DNA of 64,000 bases from Spirogloea muscicola. Lineage: Eukaryota. A model generated the notes under the pieces. The model made no database searches. It saw nothing but the letters and a program-made list of their open reading frames with translations, and was not told where the DNA came from. Below are positions 32,201 to 42,152 of this stretch, piece by piece. Position 1 is the first letter of the stretch. Each line of letters starts with the position of its first letter. The stretch is from NCBI GenBank assembly GCA_009602725.1, contig WELB01000012.1:217430-281429 (forward strand). Reading direction: 5' to 3'. Position numbers and translations under genes: made by a program.

Positions 32201-33792
32201 GAAATGAGAATGATGTGGGGGTCGAACTGCCTGGCGGCTGGCATGAGCACGTGGTCCCAGACAGCCAGGTAGTCCAAGTCGCCAAACCCCCCGCTTGGCC
32301 ACGGAACATTGATGTTGAAGCCCACACCTTTGCCCTCACCGACCATGTCAAAGTCGCCATCACCACCTCCTGGATAGAACATACCACCATCGTGCCTGCC
32401 ACAAGAGAGAGCAGTTCCGCAAAGCACGTTGGCCTGCCAAAGGGTTAAGAGTGATATGTGTCCCCTTGACGAGTGCCAATTCTAGAATTAGGAAAAGCCT
32501 TGCTATTGCTGCAGCAACACCAGTGCAATGATCGTCCTCAGCTTGTGAAGAAGCTAACCGGTGGATAGAGAAGTAGAGGATGCGAGGGTCGTCGTAGAAC
32601 ATATGCTGGATGCCGTTGCCGTGGTGCACGTCCCAGTCAACAACAAGCACCTTGGCGATGCCGAGCTCTTTCTGCATAGGCGTGGAAAGCCCCAGCTCAA
32701 AAACACAAGGACTGAGAAGGAAGGACGGATCCAAAGGCAACCTAGTGTTCAGACTTCCATCTCCTGAGGCTTACAAGGATCATATGGCAAGGGGCAATAG
32801 CTACTAGATTCCACTAAAGTGAGGCTCCCCTAGGCAACCAACCTTCTCAACAAGGTGCTTGGCGGCGATCGCCACGTTGTTGTAAAGGCAGAAGCCCATG
32901 GCAACGTCCTCCTCTGCATGGTGCCCGGGCGGCCGCACGACCGCAGCACCCGCACGGAGCTGGCCCCTGGCGACCTGCTCAGCAAGCTGCGCCGTCACAT
33001 ACACCCCCGGTTGCAGGGCTCAGGGCACAGCACAGGTCATGGAGGGTGCCATGGGTCACGAATGCTGCTCACCCTTTTGCTCTTGACAAGCTCTGAGCTT
33101 GTCATTAGACTACATTCTGAACCCTGATCCCTTCAAGCTCTACGTCAGAATGGACGAGAGATGTGGATGCGGTCTTGTGCGATGGCGCGCTCACCTCCAC
33201 AATGGACCCCGCGGCTAGCAAGGCGGCATTGGAGGAGCCCTCATTGAAGTAGATGGAGTTGTAGCGCCCGGCGAGGGCGGCGCGAGCGCGCCGGCCAAGA
33301 CTGGGGCTGCTCACCTCCCGCATCTGCGACACGTGTGCCGGCGTGTGCACCAGCAGGAGCTCGTCGTCAGAGGCCTCTCTTGCAGGCACGCGCACGCACC
33401 TGCGAGCTTGAGCAGCAGCGGCAGGACCTTCTTCCAGCATCAGTGCAGGTGTGGAAGTTGGCGCCTGAGAGTGCATGACTGCCTGTGACGACGTGAGCTG
33501 CCTAAGGGCGAGAAGCGGGGTGCAACAGAGGCGGAGCAAGGCAAGAGGGCCACGAGCAGCAGCCGGCTCAGCCAGGCCCCCGGCAGCAGGTGCGGCAAAT
33601 GGTGGCTCCGAGCGCAGCGCAGGTGGCGCAAAGCAGGATGACCGTCGCGAGATCGAGAGCCGTGCCTCTGCACGAGGCCCCGGGCCTGGAGGGCGGCGAA
33701 GATGCTGCGGATGCGCTCCGGCCGCTCGGGGTGGAAAGCGTCCAGCGGGTCCCGATGCGCCGCCATGCGCTCGTCATACACCAGCCCCACGC

Positions 33793-33828
<36 letters not shown>

Positions 33829-33842
33829 AGCGCGGCGCGCCG
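29222..33842 (-). CDS. HDA5: Class II histone deacetylase, HDA5-like, with a C-terminal YGSN (GGCT-like) domain; start codon in gap
   Basis: [70 protein letters not shown]. Then [34 protein letters not shown] and [19 protein letters not shown], as in plant HDA5. Confidence 0.93.
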
Positions 33843-34517
33843 NNNNNNNNNNNNNNNNNNNNNNNNNNNNNNNNNNNNNNNNNNNNNNNNNNNNNNNNNN
33901 NNNNNNNNNNNNNNNNNNNNNNNNNNNNNNNNNNNNNNNNNNNNNNNNNNNNNNNNNNNNNNNNNNNNNNNNNNNNNNNNNNNNNNNNNNNNNNNNNNNN
34001 NNNNNNNNNNNNNNNNNNNNNNNNNNNNNNNNNNNNNNNNNNNNNNNNNNNNNNNNNNNNNNNNNNNNNNNNNNNNNNNNNNNNNNNNNNNNNNNNNNNN
34101 NNNNNNNNNNNNNNNNNNNNNNNNNNNNNNNNNNNNNNNNNNNNNNNNNNNNNNNNNNNNNNNNNNNNNNNNNNNNNNNNNNNNNNNNNNNNNNNNNNNN
34201 NNNNNNNNNNNNNNNNNNNNNNNNNNNNNNNNNNNNNNNNNNNNNNNNNNNNNNNNNNNNNNNNNNNNNNNNNNNNNNNNNNNNNNNNNNNNNNNNNNNN
34301 NNNNNNNNNNNNNNNNNNNNNNNNNNNNNNNNNNNNNNNNNNNNNNNNNNNNNNNNNNNNNNNNNNNNNNNNNNNNNNNNNNNNNNNNNNNNNNNNNNNN
34401 NNNNNNNNNNNNNNNNNNNNNNNNNNNNNNNNNNNNNNNNNNNNNNNNNNNNNNNNNNNNNNNNNNNNNNNNNNNNNNNNNNNNNNNNNNNNNNNNNNNN
34501 NNNNNNNNNNNNNNNNG
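33843..34517. other. Assembly gap containing the HDA5 start and the 5' end of the retrotransposon
   Basis: Run of N. Confidence 1.
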
Positions 34518-36857
34518 GGATCACGTCCCTGCCAGCATCCGCAGTGTGCTCTGTGCCAGTACCCTGCTGGCCCTCAGCAAGGTCAACGGCGGCGTCCGCC
34601 CCATTGCCATCGGCGAGGTCCTGTACCGCCTGGTGGGTAGGGCACTTTGGCAACAGCACGCCGATGCGGCCCAGACACACCTGGCGCCACACCAGTACGG
34701 CGCAGGCCTGCGGAGCGGCGGCGAGGCGGTTGTCTACGGGGTGCGGGCTTCCCTCGACTTGCACCCCGAGTGGGTCGTGCTGGCGGTGGACGTCCGCAAT
34801 GCCTTTAACTGCGTCGACCGCGCCACAGTCGCCGAGGAGCTCCGTGCGGCCTTCCCCACCCTGCTGCCGTTCTTTCGGCTGGGCTACGGCCAGCCCAGTG
34901 ATCTCCTATGGCGGCATGGAGCCGGAGGGGTGGAGGTCCTCCAGTCTTCCACGGGCACGCGTCAGGGGGACCCGCTCGCGGGGTTTTTCTATGCGCTGGC
35001 CCACGACCGCGCCCTGAAGGCCACGGCATCTGCTCACCCGGGCGTCCTCATGCCCACGTATGCCGACGATGGTCGGGCAACCAGACGAGGTCTTGGCTGC
35101 GTTCGCCACGCTCGAGGAGCAGTGAAGGAGATCGGCCTGGACATCCGAGCGTCGAAGTGCAGCGCCTGGTCCCCACAAGGGTTGCCAGCCCTCCTCCGCC
35201 TTCCCTCCGGCTGTCAGACACCTGCCGGGGCAATCACACTCCTCGGGGTTCCATTGGGCTCACCTGCCTTCGTGGACGAGCAGCTGCGCAGCAACCTGCA
35301 GGAGCACCTAAAGCCGGCGGCCCGCCTCCCTGAGCTGCACGATATGCAGCTGGGGCTTGCCATGCTGACGCGCAGCATAGCCCACCGTCCCCTGTACCTG
35401 GCTCGAGCCCTCCCCCCCTCCCCGGCGACGCAGGCCGCCTATGCAACTTTCGATACAGGTATCCTGGCCAGCACAGCGGCCCTGGTCCAACACCCGGCCT
35501 TCCTGGAGACGCCGGCTGCAGTGCACCAGGCCTCCCTGCCTGTGAGCCGAGGGGGTCTGGGCTGCCGTCCGCTGGCTTGTGCCTGCCGGGCAGCACACCT
35601 GGGGAGTTGGGCGCAGGTTGCGGCTTCGGTGGCCCAGCGTTTCATCCGGCATGGGGGTCGCCTCCTGGAGCAGGCGGCCGCGGACGTGGAGACTGGCACG
35701 CTGCCTTTCCAGACGGCTCTCCGCTCAGCCCGGGATGAGCTGCATGCGGATCACCCCGCCCTGGTGCCACGGGCCGTCCCGTTCGCTCTCGTCGCGCGCA
35801 CGGCCGACCTGCGGGCCCAAGCTCGCTACATGGCGGAGGTAGATGCGGCGTCTTTCTCCACGGCGATGGGGCTTTTGCCTCCAGCCGACCTCCGGGGGCG
35901 CGCGCGACTGCTCTCGGCGTCCTCACCAGGGGCGGCTGCTTGGCTGTCGGCTCTGCCAATCCACGACGCGCTTCGGATGCCGGACGACGCATTCCGAACG
36001 GCGGTGCACCGCCTACCCGGCCTCCACCCACCATGCCTAGGTGGAGTACAACAATGCGAGTGCGGCGAGCGCAGCCCGGACGCGGCGTCACTGGCGGCTC
36101 ACATGCTCCGATGCGCACGGGGAGGGGAGCGGACCGGCACACACGACCTGCTCCGGAACGCGATGTTCGGCATATTTGTCGAAGCCGGTTACACTGTGGC
36201 GCTGGAGAACTCCAGCATCATGCCTCTGACTGCTGGGGCGGACGGCCGCCTCCACACCCGGCGCGCCGATCTCGTCGCTAGCGCGCTCGGCGGGGGGCCT
36301 CGCCTCATTGCCGACGTCGTCACAACGGACTCCTTGGATTCCAGGAGCGCAACACGCTCGGCGGAGGAGGCGGGCTACGCCGTCCGCCAAGCGGCCGACG
36401 CAAAGGAGCGCAATTACTCGGATCACCCGGTAGGCGACGAGTTTATCCCACTCGCCGTCGACGTACATGGCGCCTTTGGCGCCAAATGGCTGGACCTACT
36501 TCACCCCCTTGCGCGGCGAGCAGCGGCCCGCCGCCACGGGCAGCAGGGCGAGCAGCCTGGCTTCCATGTCGCCGGGTCCCTCGCCCAAGTTTTCCGGATG
36601 CGCCTGGCCGTCTCTTTGCAGCGGTCCCTAGCTTTTGCGGTCCACTTGCGCGCAGGCCACGCTCTGGCGGCGGCCTCCGGCTTCCGTCAGGGCGACGTCT
36701 TTCCGCCTGCTAGCTATTCTGATTTGCATCTAATGACGAGAGGTTACTGAGAGTTCGCTTACTGCTGTCTCAATTCTTAGCACTCCGACTCCTTCAGACC
36801 TTGTCCATTCTTTTGGGCTGGCCTCTCCCAGCCACCAGTTAATCTGGCCGCGCTTGC
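34518..36857 (+). mobile_element. CRE-like non-LTR retrotransposon (RT + CCHC zinc knuckle + restriction-like endonuclease); ORF ends at 36750; 3' UTR has a hairpin and no poly(A)
   Basis: LLALSK.NGGVRPIAIGEVLYRL, DVRNAFNCVDR, GTRQGDPL (QGDPL at 34963), YADD (35059), LLGVPLG, LPVSRGGLG, AAWLSALP, CECG-x11-HMLRC..GERTGTHD, RRADL..LIADV..KERNY..FIPLAVDVHGAFG..LAVSLQR. The 3' end GCGCTTGC is shared with copies at 8807 and 63723. Confidence 0.93.
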
Positions 36858-36874
36858 TCTCTTCTCTGATGGCT

Positions 36875-37060
36875 GTGCTTGGCCAGCCAAAGAAGTGGAG
36901 GGAGAAACAGAATGAGCCAAGTTCGACGGCGGCCAGGAAAGTGCTAAAGCGCACGCGGCGACGCAAGTGGGCCACTGGGTGCTCGATATCCCCGTCGAGC
37001 AGCCGATGTATGGCAGCGGCTGTAGGAGGCCCCAGCCCAAAAGGAGTGTACATGGGGACG
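36875..37060 (-). mobile_element. Degenerate minus-strand CRE-like 3' UTR fragments between the long element and the TLDc gene
   Basis: GGCCAGCC...AGAATGAGCCAAGTTCGA resembles 23630-23670. GGCTGTAGGAGGCCCAGCCCAAAAGGA is a hairpin remnant. Confidence 0.6.
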
Positions 37061-37247
37061 GTCCTGTGGCCGAGTGTTCAAAAGCGCCCGGACAGACGAG
37101 CTCGCGGACTCGCGCTCTGGCTTCCTACTACTGTTGACACGAAACGGCGTGTGCGTATTCAGTGATCTGAGTCAGTGGCCAAGTACAGAGACAAGCCCGT
37201 CTGCCAAGTGGCGCGACGGCGGCGGCGGCGCCGGCGCGCGCGCGGGC

Positions 37248-40142
37248 ATGGGCAACGCGGCGGCGGCCCNGCGCTCTTCTCCCGGCCCGGGGAGCTGGAG
37301 CGCGCCCGCGCCGCCTTTGACCGCCTGGCGTCCTCGCGCAAGGCCAGCGCCGGCGGAGGCGGCGGCGCCGCCATCGTGCGCTCGGATCTTGAGGTCAGCT
37401 GCCGCCCGGCAACGAGGGCCAGCGGCTGCGCCACTCTCGTGCCGGCAACGTGGCGAATTCTTTCATTGCTGTGCTGACTTACTCTTGCAGTCCCCTTCGT
37501 CGCCACCGCGCTGATGTCACACTTGTCCGGTTTTCGGCGATGTTTCTGTCGTCATGACGTCGCTGTCCGATTTTCTGCGCTTCCCATCCTCATGCTTTGG
37601 CTGACACTCTCGACTCCACATCAAATTGCCGTGTTGCTTACAGTACACAAAGTCAGCTAGTAATCCAGTGCATCCAGTGCATGATGACCAGTGACAACGA
37701 AGGCAGTGACACTCTCGACCTCACCATTCCGAAAGCTGTGCACCAACGATGTTGTATGCAGCATTGCTTCCGACTGCCATCGCTGAGCAAGGCTGCCGCG
37801 CGAGGGGAGGAAGATGTGGAGACTGGGCACTTCGCACAGCTCTTCGGCTCGCAGCTGGTCAGCGCCGCCTTTGGCTCAGATGATAGCTTCGACTGGCCAG
37901 CCTTTCTGCAGGGCGTCGCAAAGTGCTGCAAGCAGGCCTCAAGCGCTGCCCACCTCAGTGTGCTGCTGGAGGTATTTGCAAGGCTCAGGACAGAAGTGAC
38001 CAGGGATTCTGATGGGTGCGGCAGTGAGGAGGCTGGCGCACCTGCCATAGCTCTGGACGGTGCTGACGACGCAGTCTCGCCAAATCAGCTGAGGTCGCTG
38101 TTCCTCCTTTGCTGGTTGATGAGCTTGCCAGCTGGCGCAGAGGGGGACAGCGACATCCCGGATGTCGGCATCCTCGTCCAAGGCGCCATTGAGGCCACCG
38201 GCAATGCCATGCCCGAGGTTGACGGCAGCAAGAGGATTCCCAACCCCAAGAAGGTCATCCTGAGCACCGTGTCTAAGTGGATCATGTCAGCCGTGCCCAA
38301 CCTCTGCAGCTGCATTCCAGAATTTGTGCAGGAACGCCTCCAACTGAATGAGGTACGTGCCGCTCCTTGCACTTGCCAGCTGCCGCTTGAGGAGTAGAGG
38401 ACTTCTTGTTCTCAGTGGCCTCCAGCTGAGCGCTCTGTGTCATCATGTCGAGGCTGCTGTGGCAATGGACGATATTCGAGTATCAGATCAGGCAGATAGG
38501 TACCTTCACCCTTAAGAGCAAGCATTCGCTTAAGGAATTTCTGGCTTACAATATGTATTCTGAAGGCTTTCCTCATGGGCCTTACACAGTGCTCCACCTG
38601 CCCCCTGCAGTCACCCACAATCAGTGGCGAGAACAACCACACTGTCGAAAGCCATCCCGTGCTGCTTACCAAGGTCATCGCTTGGGCCATCGGGCTCTCA
38701 CAGAGGGGCAACGCACTGCGGCTTCTCCACAATTTTGCTACTGCAAGACAATCAACTGAACAACCACAGCTGCTGTACAGGTTGGTTACAGGGTGCCTCA
38801 TTTTCTATGCCAGCCAGCCATGCTCAGTCTCTTCTCCTGGCAGTAAGTAGGAAGTGCTCGCCACACACACTGTGGCACAGCTGACGTGTTCCTGCTTCTG
38901 ATCAGCATGGCACATCCTCTGAAGGTGACTCATATTGGGGGCCATCAGTATGAAAGTTCATCAAGAAGCCAATGCTCGCTATGTATTCGTGCCATTGCCT
39001 CATCATTTATGAAGCTTATGAGCATATAAAACTTTCCTATTTGGCAGATCATCGTCACATGGCAGCGGCCTGAGCAGATTTCTGGCCAGAGCAGAAGGGT
39101 ACAGAGAGCTAGTCCTCCTCCTCATGTCGGCCCGATCAGATTGCTCGTACAACAAAGGAATGCCATCTGATGAGGAGAACCAGAGTAGCTGCTGGATGAT
39201 TGGGGCCATTATTGACGCGCCCATTGAGAGCAACATTCGCTTTGGTGGTGGGAATGCCTCCAGCTTGCTGGCTATCCAGCCTGCATTTCACTGCCTGCGG
39301 AGCACAGGTATAATCCCATTGTTGCAGTCCAAAAAGTCATAGATGAAGATGTCTTAAGGTGCTATGACGTATTGTGGTCGACATACTTGACTGATGCCCT
39401 TGATTGATGCACTGTGTGAATTGTAGCAATATAGCCTGTACTGCTAGCACTTAAGGATATAAAGGACATCATGGAGTCAGTATGAGAGCCACAGGACTTA
39501 CTGCTCTCCAATTATTCATGCCAGCTGAACACTTATTCTGCTGTATCTAAATCTGCACATGAGCTGCATTTGACCTAGCACTCTTAACAAAATCAGACCA
39601 CTTCATCCGCAGGAAAAGCCAGCAACTTCTTCTACTGCTACAGGCATGCGCCTGGAGCAGGTTATCAGTCCAAGCCAATGCCCGAGGGCATTGGTCTTGG
39701 AGGTGAAATCGGCAAGGAGAGGCTATGGCTTCGTGACGATTTTGAGAAGCTGACAGTCCGACATCACGCCATTGACAAGTCGTATCAGCCTGGGTCGTTA
39801 GTACCTTCACAGGTGCTCATAAGTCAAGAAGTCTGTCATCGGCTCCCCACAAGAATGCAGGGCTGGTGATTATGCACTTGATTCCTGCATCGAATTACAA
39901 GACCTTATTAAGCGTTTGTCATGCAAGAATTCCTGCAGGGCTACAGCACTGTGGAGGGACAAGTGCTTGACGTGGAGGCCTGGGGCCTCGGAGGTAAGAG
40001 TGCACAGGCGCAGCAGGAGGCCTATCAGCAGCGTGAGGCGCTCTTTTCCGAGCAGCGAAGGAAGGCAAGTCCATCATTGTCAAGGCCCTTGCATCGCTTC
40101 TTGGACGGCTTACCACCAATCTCACAAAATGCAGCACCGTGA
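37248..40142 (+). CDS. TLDc-domain protein with a probable N-myristoylation start (MGNA)
   Basis: LLYR-SSSHGSGLSRFLARAEGY, WMIGAII, FGGGNASSLLAIQPAF, PEGIGLGGEIGKERLWLRDDFEKLTVRHHAIDKSYQPGSL and VLDVEAWGLGG. These are typical plant TLDc motifs. Confidence 0.88.
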
Positions 40143-41774
40143 TGATAAGACCACTTGTGGGCATAAATACATTCATTTGACTTGCGGCGCCTGTGCCTTC
40201 CTTGCAGGTTGACTTAAAGGCCTTTGTAGGTGAGGACTCTCCTGACAAGGTCATCGCGGGAATGCTCTCCGACCCAAACAAGCCTCAACGAGAGGATCGA
40301 TGATATCTAAACCAATGCTATGTGCCAAAGCCAGTCTTAAGGTTTCATGCTCGTAGAACCTTTCTTTTAAAATATTGGTGGAATATTGGTGGAAACCAAA
40401 CCTGACTTGCAGGTAAGGGGTTACTTGTGGGCTCAACACAATTTCTGTGCTGCACGAAATTTGGGATGTTGTCCATCACATGTATGTGCCGAGTTGTGGC
40501 CTTCAGAAATAGCTACTATGTTGGTACATGAGGTGTCACTTGTAATATGCATGTACTGAACTGTTGGTCACGAGGCTGTCCCCAGGCTGCCCTTCGGCAG
40601 CTGGGTCGACATGGGTGTCTGGCTCACTGTGCCAGGTTGTCCTAAGGAGACGCAGATACCGTCATCAGATGGCGGGAAGGGCTTGCATGTAGTAGAAAAC
40701 GAGTGAGGGGTGGACAAACCAAGAGAGGAAAGGTGGATGTGAGCCCCTGGTTGTTGAACGAGGTGCAGCTATGTTTGTGCACTTAAGGCCAATCCCTGCA
40801 AGACGCCATGGCGCGCTTAGGGGACAGCGAGAGAAGAGCCGTGGCCCCCACATAGCTTCGCAGACTCTTCCACGAGGAGAACGCGAGCTCCTTCAATAGC
40901 GGGCAATGGTGGTCGTGGGGGCTCGGCAGGAGAAGAGGAAGCCGCCCACAAAGATACCAATGGCTGTGGAACAAGTGCAAGTTCTACAAGGGGACGATGG
41001 CTGTGCAAGGCAGCCCATGAATGCGGGAGGTGGCAGCGGCTGGGAGCCAGAGCTTCAAGCGACGGAGCCAGAGCAACGCCAGTCCGGTGGGGGAGATAAG
41101 CGTGTACTGAGTGATGGAGGGCCTGAGCAGCTAAGCACAGAGGGCACTCCCTCATTTTTCGAGCGCGCCGCGCCTCTCGTATTACCGTCAGTCGAAGTAC
41201 TTACTGGCTTGCTTTTGGCCTCCCTCTCGTTTCGTGCGCAAACCGCGCCTTCTCGGGACAGCAAATGGGAGGTCGCTAAACGGTGCCCTACGCTACAAAA
41301 GTTACACCACAGGGGCAATTTGCGGGGTGGGGGCGTGGCGGCGGGGGGGAGCGGTTCACCCGGTTAACCGGCGGGTTGGGCGAGCAGTCAACCAAGCTAG
41401 CCCAGCCCCGGGCCAAGCGCTCGCTCTGCCGGACTGGCCGGCCAAGGCCGACCCGTGTTCGGTTAGCCCGACCGCGGTTAGCGGCCGCCCGCCGCCGCCG
41501 CCGCCGCCGCCACCGCCGCCGCCGCCATGGCCGCGCGCTCGGCGCCGGGTCGGCGGCGCGTCCAGCGCGGGGGACTTCCGACTCGACCCCGGGGCCCGAA
41601 TTCCCCGCCGGGCCTCCCGGACGGTCTGCCGCCCGACGCTGGCGGCCCGGAGGGTTTTGTCGGCGGCGCCCGGCCCGGGGGTGGCCGGCCGGCCCGTGGC
41701 GGCCGCCGGCCTCCCGGAGACGTCGGCCGCTCGCTCCCGACTGGCGCCTGTGGCCCGGAGGCAGCGGCAGCTCG

Positions 41775-41931
41775 CTCCTCCAGCTCACTCGTGGGTACTG
41801 AGCTTTCCTCTGCATCGTCTCTGTGTTCTGCAGTATGTTGTAGTGTAGTCCTTTCTCCGGCTCCTCTTGCTTTGGCTTTGGACATTGTCCATTCTTTTTT
41901 GGGCTGGCTTTGCCAGCCCCTCTTTTCTAAG
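41775..41931 (+). mobile_element. CRE-like 3' fragment (family B) running into a gap
   Basis: LLQLTRGY-stop (41801), then a UTR closely similar to 8766-8798 plus 9399-9480. Hairpin GGGCTGGC-TTT-GCCAGCCC at 41901-41919. Confidence 0.88.
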
Positions 41932-42152
41932 NNNNNNNNNNNNNNNNNNNNNNNNNNNNNNNNNNNNNNNNNNNNNNNNNNNNNNNNNNNNNNNNNNNNN
42001 NNNNNNNNNNNNNNNNNNNNNNNNNNNNNNNNNNNNNNNNNNNNNNNNNNNNNNNNNNNNNNNNNNNNNNNNNNNNNNNNNNNNNNNNNNNNNNNNNNNN
42101 NNNNNNNNNNNNNNNNNNNNNNNNNNNNNNNNNNNNNNNNNNNNNNNNNNNN
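41932..42152. other. Assembly gap upstream of or within the 5' end of the DRMY1-like gene
   Basis: Run of N. Confidence 1.

Noticed and set aside
33475..36750. 1091-aa ORF as a single protein
   Set aside because: Artefact of translating through the N gap. Only 34518 onward is the element; the first part is antisense to HDA5.
34518..36857. Bacterial-type RT (retron, group II intron, DGR) or Penelope element
   Set aside because: The CCHC + RLE C-terminus and 5'-truncated TSD-flanked copies indicate a non-LTR element. I saw no GIY-YIG domain or hammerhead core.
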